Positions 27,871 to 35,985 of a DNA stretch of 64,000 nucleotides are shown here, one piece after another. The number at the start of each line of letters is the position of its first letter. Within the stretch, counting starts at the first letter, position 1. The position numbers and the translations under genes are program-made. A model generated the notes under the pieces. That model worked only from the letters and a program-made list of their open reading frames with translations. It ran no database searches and had not been told where the DNA came from. The stretch covers positions 32,001 to 96,000 of the forward strand of contig JACQID010000006.1 in NCBI GenBank assembly GCA_016198685.1. The letters are read 5' to 3'. Source of the DNA: Candidatus Aenigmatarchaeota archaeon. Its GTDB lineage: Archaea > Aenigmatarchaeota > Aenigmatarchaeia > GW2011-AR5.

Positions 27871-28281
27871 CGGTATAATGCCTTTTCTCTCAAGAATTTC
27901 CAGTGTGCACGCTTCTATGACTTCGTAAACAGCGAGCGCTTTGCCGAGGTCGAACGTTGACCGTCGCGCCCCATTCTCATCGTAACTCGCCATGGCATTG
28001 TGGATGGCATCGGGGGAATTCGCCCATAGCACCATGTCCATACAGGGGATGTAAAGAACGCCGCTTCCTTCCACATGGATATAATCGTTCCCAGACCACT
28101 TGTGGCTTCTGCGGTGCCTGATCCTGCCGCGTGCATCGCGCTTAATAATATCGTACTGGCCGTCCGCGTAGTCGACTTCAAGTATGTAATACCCATCGGC
28201 CGCATCTCTGCTGGGCACAATGAAAGCCGAAACATGCTTCTCCGCCATCCGTTCATTATATGCGAAAACGATAAAAATCAT
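27817..28281 (-). CDS. Hypothetical protein, probable paralogue of 27088-27675
   Basis: ATG at 28281 overlaps the MATE stop (ATGA). C-terminus LEILERKGIIPAGETDP. Confidence 0.65.
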   Translation of the reverse strand: MIFIVFAYNERMAEKHVSAFIVPSRDAADGYYILEVDYADGQYDIIKRDARGRIRHRRSHKWSGNDYIHVEGSGVLYIPCMDMVLWANSPDAIHNAMASYDENGARRSTFDLGKALAVYEVIEACTLEILERKGIIPAGETDPVSYAGFKRAFE

Positions 28282-29645
28282 ACATGCTCTTCTATCAGGC
28301 GTTTGTGCTTCCACGTGCCCCGGAAGAACCAAGCAACAGCTATCATAGCGCCAATAATTGTCGAGACGGGGAACGCCCACCATATGCCTTCAAAGGATAG
28401 TGACGTATGATAAGCAAGTATGTAAGCTAACGGGAATCGCATTAACCATAAAACAGTCAGAGTAATCACCATAGACCGGAATGTGTGGCCCGATCCTTTG
28501 AATGCGCCGATAATTACTTCCAGAATCGCAATAAAACCGAAACTCAAAGCCGTGGCATTGAGGAAATGCGCTGCCATGGAAACAACAGACTGATCTTCTA
28601 TGAACAGTGCGGCTATGGGAACTGAAAATACGAACATCAGAATGCCAATAAGTGTCAGGACAGAAAATCCGGTTATCATGCCGATCTTCGCCGCACTTTC
28701 GGCGCGCTCAGGCTTGCCGGCTCCCATGTTCTGGCCGACAAGGGTGGATGTGGCCATCCCTAACCCGACTGCGGGTATGATTATCATGGAAAGTATGCGT
28801 GTTCCTATCCCGTAGGCTGCCGTGATATCTGTGCCAAAGGGCGTCACCAGGAAAAGCATGACCATGAAGCTGAGGGATATTGAACCGAGTTCAATTGAAG
28901 AAGGTGCGCCAAGCTTGGTCAGTTTAACCAAGGTTTCAATGTGAGGCGTCATGCAAGAGAGCTTAAGATGGATTCCGCTCTTTCCTCGAAGAAGGATTGC
29001 AAGCCCTATTATCGCTCCTATTGCCTGCGAGATCACTGTGGCTATGGCGGCGCCTGCCACGCCCATTGCCGGTACAGGGCCATAACCAAATATGAATAAC
29101 GGATCAAGCACAAGATTCAGGAATATGGAAACTACGACAACATAAAGCGGGGTCGTGACGTTTCCGGTTGCGCGAAGCAGGGACTGAAAAACAAAATAGA
29201 AGAACACGAACGGAAGGCCTGTGAATGTTATGCTAAGATAATCTGATGCCATGGTAAATACGGATTCTTCAAGCGACATGAATCCCAACAGCCCAGGCGA
29301 AAGGGCATAACCGAGTACCGCAAGGACAATGGACAACAAGATAACGCTTGAAACGGTCTGAGAAGCTATGAAATCCGACTTCTCATGGTCTTTGCGCCCC
29401 TTGTACTGGGACACAAGTATGGTTCCGGCGACAGATATTCCCATGCCAAGCATTATCATGAGGAACATAGGCGGAAAGCTGAGCGAAACTGCGGCGACAG
29501 CGGCAGCGCCGAGCTTGCCGACCCAGAACATGTCTATGACATTATACAAGCCTTGCAAGAAACTGCTGAATATTATGGGCAGAGACAGAAAAACCATGGC
29601 TTTGAGCAGGTTTCCGTCTGTGATCTCATTGTGCATTTTATTCAT
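28278..29645 (-). CDS. MATE family efflux transporter
   Basis: About 12 TM segments. LYNVIDMFWVGKLG, SQYKGRK, NLVLDPLFIFG..GVAGAAIAT, GQNMGAGK. Confidence 0.93.
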   Translation of the reverse strand: MNKMHNEITDGNLLKAMVFLSLPIIFSSFLQGLYNVIDMFWVGKLGAAAVAAVSLSFPPMFLMIMLGMGISVAGTILVSQYKGRKDHEKSDFIASQTVSSVILLSIVLAVLGYALSPGLLGFMSLEESVFTMASDYLSITFTGLPFVFFYFVFQSLLRATGNVTTPLYVVVVSIFLNLVLDPLFIFGYGPVPAMGVAGAAIATVISQAIGAIIGLAILLRGKSGIHLKLSCMTPHIETLVKLTKLGAPSSIELGSISLSFMVMLFLVTPFGTDITAAYGIGTRILSMIIIPAVGLGMATSTLVGQNMGAGKPERAESAAKIGMITGFSVLTLIGILMFVFSVPIAALFIEDQSVVSMAAHFLNATALSFGFIAILEVIIGAFKGSGHTFRSMVITLTVLWLMRFPLAYILAYHTSLSFEGIWWAFPVSTIIGAMIAVAWFFRGTWKHKRLIEEHV

Positions 29646-29678
29646 TATCTCAAAATTCTCCGGAAGCCTTTTAAGGCG

Positions 29679-30488
29679 TTAGAAAGCCGCTTCAAGCCAT
29701 GCCGCGCTGATTATCAGGATTTGCGCCAGCGCAAGGAGTTTAATGGAATCCATGAAGATTTTCTTGAACCTCAAGCTCCCTATGCGTTCGCGCGCTATTC
29801 CTACGGATAAAATCCCGCCTGCTATGCCTGCAATGAAATATGCAAGTATCTCAGGCACCCCGTGCAGCGCTATCGAAAAGAGACCGGACTGCACGCCGTA
29901 GAAGAATGCTGTCGCCGAATCAACTCCGGCAGATGTGAATGCGCGCGCTATCATGCCGAGATAAACTCCAATCACTGAAGCATTCCACGCGAGTATGAGA
30001 ACGGCGCCGGCGCCGAAGATTGTAGATAATATGAACATGAGCAGCATGACCTGCGTGTTGTTGGCCATGAGCAAAAGCATCGTTCCCATGTCAGTGACCC
30101 TGCCTGTTGCGAAGGACTGCAGAGTTGACGTTTGCAGTGTGAACACGCCGTCATACTGCGGGAAGAAATAGTAGCTTACTGTTATTGCGAGAGTAGTTCC
30201 GATGAAGAACAATGAAAACGCCTTTATCGTGGCTTCGTGCCTTAGGAAAACGTTGTCCTTCAGCTTCTTGAGCGAAAGAATCTCCGAAACTTCGTCCTGC
30301 TCGAAAAGCTTCTGAAAGAAGGGTATGAATATTATCGTTATCAGCGCCACCGCAAGCATGGATGACTGGGCGGGAAACAGGTGATGCGAAAATGATATGG
30401 CTACAATGGAATATACGAAAGACAGAACAAGTATCTTGAGGGGCCGGTTTTTCACATTCTTAGGCACAAGAACAGCTTCGAGAACCAT
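29679..30488 (-). CDS. SpoIIM/DUF95-family membrane protein
   Basis: Multi-TM with NNTQV..LAWNASVIG..HGVPEILAYFIAGIAG. Confidence 0.8.
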   Translation of the reverse strand: MVLEAVLVPKNVKNRPLKILVLSFVYSIVAISFSHHLFPAQSSMLAVALITIIFIPFFQKLFEQDEVSEILSLKKLKDNVFLRHEATIKAFSLFFIGTTLAITVSYYFFPQYDGVFTLQTSTLQSFATGRVTDMGTMLLLMANNTQVMLLMFILSTIFGAGAVLILAWNASVIGVYLGMIARAFTSAGVDSATAFFYGVQSGLFSIALHGVPEILAYFIAGIAGGILSVGIARERIGSLRFKKIFMDSIKLLALAQILIISAAWLEAAF

Positions 30489-30582
30489 TCTAATTATTTG
30501 ACGTGAAGGGTAAATAAGGTTTCATTATAATATGCCTCCGTGCGATACCGTTAAAAACCTTTACGCGCCTTAGGTTATTGGT

Positions 30583-31620
30583 ATGATTGGCATTACCGGA
30601 TACGGGGCATACATCCCGCGCTTTCGCATCAAAGCCGAGGAGATAGCCCGCGTCTGGAACCAGGACGGCGAGGCTTTCAAGCGGGGCTTGAAGATAAGTG
30701 AAAAAGCCGTTCCTGCAGCAGACGAAGACACAGTGACTATAAGCGTCGCGGCTGGAAAAAACGCAATAGCGCGGGCTGGCATAGATCCGCAGCAAATAGG
30801 CGCTTTGTTTATAGGAAGCGAAAGTCATCCTTACGCCGTGAAGCCCTCAGGAACGATGGCTGTCGATGCCCTTGGAATAGGGCCGGAAGTCATGGTTGCT
30901 GATTTTGAATTTGCATGCAAGGCCGGAACTGCAGCGATGCAATGCTGCATGGGTCTTGTGCAATCTGGCATGATAAAATACGGGATGGCAATAGGCGCAG
31001 ACACAGCACAAGGTCAGCCAGGCGATGCCCTTGAATATTCCGCTGCTGCAGGCGGAGCGGCTTTTGTCATAGGCAGGGACAATATCATTGCAAAGATAAT
31101 CGATACGTTCTCATTCACATCGGACACGCCTGACTTCTGGAGGCGCGAGGGCGAGAAATATCCGCGCCACGCAGCCAGGTTCACCGGCGAACCGGCATAT
31201 TTTAAACACGTAATTGAAGCAACTAAAGGCATTCTGAAGAAGACGGGCACAACTGTCAATGATTATGATAAGGTCGTATTCCACATGCCTAACGGCAAAT
31301 TCCCGCGCGAAGCGGCGAAGAAGCTTGGAGTTCCTGAAGAGAAGATAAAGGATAGCCTTGTCGTAGAAAATGTCGGCAACAGCTATTCCGGCTCGTCTAT
31401 TGTAGGACTTACAAATGTTTTGGACAAGTCAATACCAGGAGAGAAAATATTGATGACATCTTTCGGTTCTGGTGCAGGAAGCGATTCTTTTGCTTTTGAA
31501 GTTACAGAAAGAATAACCAAAGCACGCGACCTTGCACGGAAGACTGAATATTACATAAACAGGAAGACTTATGTTGACTACGGAACTTATGCACGACTTA
31601 GAAAGAAATTGAAGGTCTAA
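30583..31620 (+). CDS. Hydroxymethylglutaryl-CoA synthase (archaeal type)
   Basis: GYGAYIP, DEDTVT, GSESHPYAVKP, catalytic EFACKAGT, VFHMPNG, GNSYSG, SFGSGAG. Confidence 0.95.
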   Translation: MIGITGYGAYIPRFRIKAEEIARVWNQDGEAFKRGLKISEKAVPAADEDTVTISVAAGKNAIARAGIDPQQIGALFIGSESHPYAVKPSGTMAVDALGIGPEVMVADFEFACKAGTAAMQCCMGLVQSGMIKYGMAIGADTAQGQPGDALEYSAAAGGAAFVIGRDNIIAKIIDTFSFTSDTPDFWRREGEKYPRHAARFTGEPAYFKHVIEATKGILKKTGTTVNDYDKVVFHMPNGKFPREAAKKLGVPEEKIKDSLVVENVGNSYSGSSIVGLTNVLDKSIPGEKILMTSFGSGAGSDSFAFEVTERITKARDLARKTEYYINRKTYVDYGTYARLRKKLKV

Positions 31621-32786
31621 TGATGAAAAATGTTGCTGTAATCGGCTTTGGACAAACAAAGTTCGGAGAACTTTGGGATAAGTCTCTTCGAGATCTTGCT
31701 AGTGAAGCCGGTATGTTGGCATTAAAAGACTCCGGTTTAGAGCCGGAAAAAATAGAGGCTCTTTACATAGGGAGTATGGCAGCCGGACGATTCGTAGGCC
31801 AGGAACATATATCCGCTTTAGCGGCTGATCATCTTGGCTTGAACCCTATTCCGGCGACCCGCACGGAAGCAGCCTGCGCTTCAGGTGCCACTGCTTTCCG
31901 CCAGGCTGTACTTGCAGTTGCCTCAGGAAAACATGATATTGTCATGGCATCGGGCGTTGAAAAAATGACTGACTTAAAGACATCTGAAGTAACCACGGCG
32001 CTGATGGGCGCTGCTGACCAGGAATGGGAGGCAGGAATCGGTCTGACATTCCCAGGACTTTATGCTCTCATGGCACGGGCTCACATGGCCAAATACGGCA
32101 CTACTTTAGAGCAGATTTCTTCTGTTTCTGTAATTAACCATAAACACGGAGCCAAGAACAAGAAAGCCCAGTATCCGTATGAAATCACGCTTGAACAGGC
32201 CATGAATTCCCAGCTTGTGGCAGATCCTCTACGCCTTATGGACTGTTCTCCAATAACAGACGGTGCGGCCTCGGTCATAGTGGCTTCTGAAGAAATTGCC
32301 AAAAAACTCGACCCTGTATGGGTTCTTTCAGTCCAGCAGGCCTCAGATACCATAGCCTTGCATGACCGAAAATCGCTTACCGAGCTTGCAGCAGCCAAGA
32401 TAGCGGCAAAAAAGGCGTATGAGGAAGCGGGCATTACAGCCAATAAAATGGATGTTACTGAAGTTCATGACTGCTTTTCCATAAATGAGATTCTGTCCGT
32501 GGAAGCGCTTGCTTATTGTCCTGAAGGTAGAGGTGGAAAATTCGTGCAAGACGGCAAGGTTGCTGTAGGCGGCGAAAGGCCCGTCAATACAACAGGAGGC
32601 CTCAAAGCAGGCGGCCACCCGGTAGGGGCCACAGGCATCAGGCAGATAGGAGATATATATCTGCAGCTCAAAGGCAAAAGCTGCAACCAGGTAAAGGGTG
32701 CTTCTGCCGGTCTCGCATTGAATGTCGGCGGTTCAGGCGCTACTGCTAATTTGGCTATCTTAGGAAGGGAGTTAAGGAGGAAATAA
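31620..32786 (+). CDS. Acetoacetyl-CoA thiolase (archaeal type)
   Basis: EAACASG, GVEKM, DCSPITDGA, EVHDCF, GGLKAGGHPVGATG, NVGG. Confidence 0.94.
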   Translation: MMKNVAVIGFGQTKFGELWDKSLRDLASEAGMLALKDSGLEPEKIEALYIGSMAAGRFVGQEHISALAADHLGLNPIPATRTEAACASGATAFRQAVLAVASGKHDIVMASGVEKMTDLKTSEVTTALMGAADQEWEAGIGLTFPGLYALMARAHMAKYGTTLEQISSVSVINHKHGAKNKKAQYPYEITLEQAMNSQLVADPLRLMDCSPITDGAASVIVASEEIAKKLDPVWVLSVQQASDTIALHDRKSLTELAAAKIAAKKAYEEAGITANKMDVTEVHDCFSINEILSVEALAYCPEGRGGKFVQDGKVAVGGERPVNTTGGLKAGGHPVGATGIRQIGDIYLQLKGKSCNQVKGASAGLALNVGGSGATANLAILGRELRRK

Positions 32787-32788
32787 AC

Positions 32789-33184
32789 ATGCCGCATAGA
32801 ACAGCAGTTGCACCGGAATGGAGGCTCAAAGAAGGCCGATATAATCTTGTGGGAAGCAGTTGTGCCTGTGGCGAACTTCATTTCCCGGCAAGGCGATACT
32901 GCCCTTCTTGTAAAAAGGAAACTGTACCTCATAAGTTCTTAGGTAAGGGTGAAATCGTCACTTATACTGTCATAAGAAGCGCTCCGGCAGGATTTGAGGA
33001 ATACGCTCCTTACGCTGTTGCCATAATAAAGCTTCAGGAAGGCCCTATGATTTCCGGCCAACTAATAAACCATCCGGAAGAGGTCAAGATCGGGAAGCGG
33101 GTAAGTCCTGTTTTCAGGAAGCTTACTGAAGACGGTGCAGGCGGAATCATCCACTACGGCATTAAGTTCGAGCTTGAAGAATGA
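32789..33184 (+). CDS. DUF35 Zn-ribbon/OB-fold scaffold protein
   Basis: CACG..CPSC, GEIVTYTVI, PYAVAIIKL, YGIKF. Third gene of the thiolase/HMGS cluster. Confidence 0.92.
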   Translation: MPHRTAVAPEWRLKEGRYNLVGSSCACGELHFPARRYCPSCKKETVPHKFLGKGEIVTYTVIRSAPAGFEEYAPYAVAIIKLQEGPMISGQLINHPEEVKIGKRVSPVFRKLTEDGAGGIIHYGIKFELEE

Positions 33185-33580
33185 TATTTTGCCATAATTT
33201 TTATTCGAATATTTTGTTACGTTTTCTATAACAATGGCGCCATAACGCTGTTATTTCTAGTTTCTATTAACCTTTACAGGAAATAAGGGGGTTATCGAAC
33301 CCACTCACCCCTATATTTCTTGTGGAGATTATTAGAAAAGCTAGAAAACTATTAACCTATACTTCATATAACAATGTTATTAAAAATAAATTAATTATAT
33401 ATGCCTTTCCATAGGAAATGAAGGGGTGTTAGATATTACAAGGAATATATTTTGCTGAATTAACCTTTCAAGTAGCAATAACTATATAAGGCGGCCAGAA
33501 GATTATAGTATCTTCATAAGAAACGGGGGTTCCTTCATTTCTTATGAAGCTTTCTATTTTGGGGAATAGAAAGTTTTTTA
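33185..33580. other. Replication origin oriC with at least five ORB-like elements and an AT-rich DUE
   Basis: ORB-like: TTTACAGGAAATAAGGGGG 33273-33291 (+), TCTCCACAAGAAATATAGGGG 33308-33328 (-), TTTCCATAGGAAATGAAGGGGT 33406-33427 (+), CTTCATAAGAAACGGGGGT 33512-33530 (+), CTTCATAAGAAATGAAGG 33532-33549 (-). AT-rich 33330-33402. Directly upstream of cdc6. Confidence 0.88.
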
Positions 33581-33595
33581 ATGGGGGTGTGGTAC

Positions 33596-34849
33596 ATGGA
33601 AGCAGATCAGGAGTTAGTTTTAAGCAATTCAGCAACAAGCGGCAATATATTCTCGCAGTATATTGAAAGCCCGAGTATTTTCACAGATAAGCGCGTTTTA
33701 ACCTCTTCTTTTGTTCCTGGTAGCATACCGCACAGGGAAGAAGAAATAAAGCACATAAGCTCCGTTCTTGCCCCTATGCTCAGGGGTTATCATGCCAATA
33801 ACGTCTTTGTTTATGGGACATGCGGCACAGGAAAAACTATCTGCTGCAGATTCGTTGTTTCCCAATTACAAGAAGCGGTCAAAGCCGCAGCAACACAAAT
33901 TAAGGTCATATACATAAATTGCAAGATGGAGCGGGTTTCCGATACCGAGTACAGGCTTTTTGCCCAAATGCTCAAGCAACTTGGTGAGGAAGTGCCGTAC
34001 ACAGGATTACCAACTGACGTAATCTATAGGAAGTTCTTTGCTAAGGTTGCTGAAAAGAAGCAGAGTGTCATCATCATATTAGATGAGATAGACGCGCTTT
34101 ACAAGAAAGTTGGTGATGATTTCCTTTACAACATAACCCGTGCCAACAATGAATTAGGAGAGGCAAACTTGAGCATAATAGGCATAACCAACGACATATC
34201 TTTCAGGGACAATCTTGACGTGAGAGTGAAATCATCATTAAGCGAAGAAGAAGTGATGTTCAGGCCTTACAATGCCGTGCAGTTAAGGGACATATTGTCA
34301 TCCCGTGCCAAGGACGGTTTTGTCAAAGGGGCCGTGAGCGAGAGCGTCATAAATAAGTGTGCGGCTCTGGCAGCTCAGGAGCACGGCGATGCGCGCAGGG
34401 CTTTGGATTTGTTGAGGGTTGCCGGGGAAGTTGCTGAAAGAATGGGGGAAACAGTCGTCAAGGAAAGGCATGTTGACGTAGCCGAAGAAAAAATAGATCT
34501 TGACAGGATAACCGAGACCGTTAAATCCCAGCCGGCACAATCCCAGCTTGTGCTTTACACGATAATAAAGATGAATGAGGAAGCCAAGCAGAAGGAAAAA
34601 TGGGCCGACAGAAGGCTGCTCACAGGAGACATATTCTCTAAATATGAGGAACTTTGCAGGGCCAATGGCGCAAAGGTTCTTACGCAGCGCAGGATAAGCG
34701 ATCTCATAGGTGAACTGGATATGTTCGGCATAATAAATGCCAAGGTCATATCTAAGGGAAGGCACGGCAGGACCCGAGAGATATCCTTAGCCATGAACGA
34801 AACCGCATTAGGCAAAGTAAGAAACTACCTTATGAACAGGTTTGGATGA
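33596..34849 (+). CDS. cdc6: Orc1/Cdc6 replication initiator
   Basis: PHREEEI, GTCGTGKT, YINC, ILDEID, HGDARRALDLL, C-terminal winged helix SKGRHGRTREI. Start is ATG 33596 or 33581. Confidence 0.96.
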   Translation: MEADQELVLSNSATSGNIFSQYIESPSIFTDKRVLTSSFVPGSIPHREEEIKHISSVLAPMLRGYHANNVFVYGTCGTGKTICCRFVVSQLQEAVKAAATQIKVIYINCKMERVSDTEYRLFAQMLKQLGEEVPYTGLPTDVIYRKFFAKVAEKKQSVIIILDEIDALYKKVGDDFLYNITRANNELGEANLSIIGITNDISFRDNLDVRVKSSLSEEEVMFRPYNAVQLRDILSSRAKDGFVKGAVSESVINKCAALAAQEHGDARRALDLLRVAGEVAERMGETVVKERHVDVAEEKIDLDRITETVKSQPAQSQLVLYTIIKMNEEAKQKEKWADRRLLTGDIFSKYEELCRANGAKVLTQRRISDLIGELDMFGIINAKVISKGRHGRTREISLAMNETALGKVRNYLMNRFG

Positions 34850-35913
34850 TGGACAAAGCTGATATCGTACGGCATTATTTTGACCGGCAGCAGCTTCTGA
34901 CTCCGGCGGCGCTTGATAAGCTATCTGCTGCAGGCAGGCTGCCGGAAACAGATTCCGGGCTTTTTGTCATTGATAAAAGCGATCTTGAGCAGGACAACAT
35001 ACGGATTCTTAAGTGTCTCCAGAGCAGGCCGAAGGAGGTAGACACGGATATGTTCCTGAAATTTTATACGTCCAAATACAACAAAATGCGCGATATATTT
35101 ACTGCGCGTTTCAACAAGAATTTTATCTCCTTGAATAAGGTAGACGCTTCGCGTTCTGAAATAGCGGTATTCGGCATAGTCAAGGATGTGAAAGACAAGA
35201 CAATAGAGCTTGAGGATATGACATCCTCGGTCTCTGTAGTTTTTGAAACTCCGTTGGAAAAAGTGGAGCGCGATGACGCCATTGCAGTCGAGGGTGTAAG
35301 CGGCGGCAAAGTAATCTACGGCAAAAAAATAATGTTTGCAGATGTTCCATTGAGGCAGCCGGCGACGGGCACAGGCAAGGCGTGTTTTATTTCCGATTTG
35401 AGGCTTAGCGAAGCTCCGCGCAAGGAAGCTGAGAAATTCTTTTCGTGGTTCCAGAACCAGGACATCAGGAACCTTTTCATTTGCGGAGACACAGGGGATC
35501 TTGCCGCGCTTGAGGCTATAGTACGCAGATATTGTAGCGGAAAGAATATCTTTGTCGCCCCGGGCGAAGCGGATGACAAAGAGTATCCGCGCTTGCCGCT
35601 TAAGACGCCTAGTGTCACAGCACTTTCGGATCCCGCTATCGTTGAAATCAACGGCATAAAGATACTTGTTATTCATAACTTTGAGATAGGGATGCTGCGC
35701 AAGCGTTACTTGGGCAGGAGCAAGTCTATCTTGCCAGATGACTACTTGGTCTTGGAAGATGTTCCTGATATAGTGCATTGCGGCCATACAGGAAAACCGT
35801 TTGTCCAGAATTACAAGGCCATAACCATAGTCAACAGCGGGTCAATACTGGAGGAATTCAAGCCCGTTGTCATAGATTTTGCCACACGCGAGGTAAGGCA
35901 GGCTGCTTTGTGA
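34846..35913 (+). CDS. PolD small subunit (DP1)/polymerase B-subunit homologue with degenerate phosphoesterase motifs
   Basis: N-terminal helical domain, OB fold (FGIVKDV..IELEDMTSSV), and a calcineurin-like region with ISDLR, CGDTGD, PGEAD, IHN, GHTG, VNSGS. ATGA-coupled to cdc6. Confidence 0.85.
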   Translation: MMDKADIVRHYFDRQQLLTPAALDKLSAAGRLPETDSGLFVIDKSDLEQDNIRILKCLQSRPKEVDTDMFLKFYTSKYNKMRDIFTARFNKNFISLNKVDASRSEIAVFGIVKDVKDKTIELEDMTSSVSVVFETPLEKVERDDAIAVEGVSGGKVIYGKKIMFADVPLRQPATGTGKACFISDLRLSEAPRKEAEKFFSWFQNQDIRNLFICGDTGDLAALEAIVRRYCSGKNIFVAPGEADDKEYPRLPLKTPSVTALSDPAIVEINGIKILVIHNFEIGMLRKRYLGRSKSILPDDYLVLEDVPDIVHCGHTGKPFVQNYKAITIVNSGSILEEFKPVVIDFATREVRQAAL

Positions 35914-35985
35914 GACAAACCCGGAAGGCTTTAAGGAGGAGAACGCCCCTCCAAAATTTAAATAAGCTCGCGGCAAGCTAATTGA

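Noticed and set aside
27699-27893. 64-aa ORF between the two paralogous ORFans
   Set aside because: Overlaps the upstream gene and the downstream promoter; no supporting signals.
33287-33311. GGTTCGA T-loop-like string on the minus strand
   Set aside because: Flanks do not form a T-stem or the rest of a tRNA; it is a by-product of adjacent ORB G-strings.
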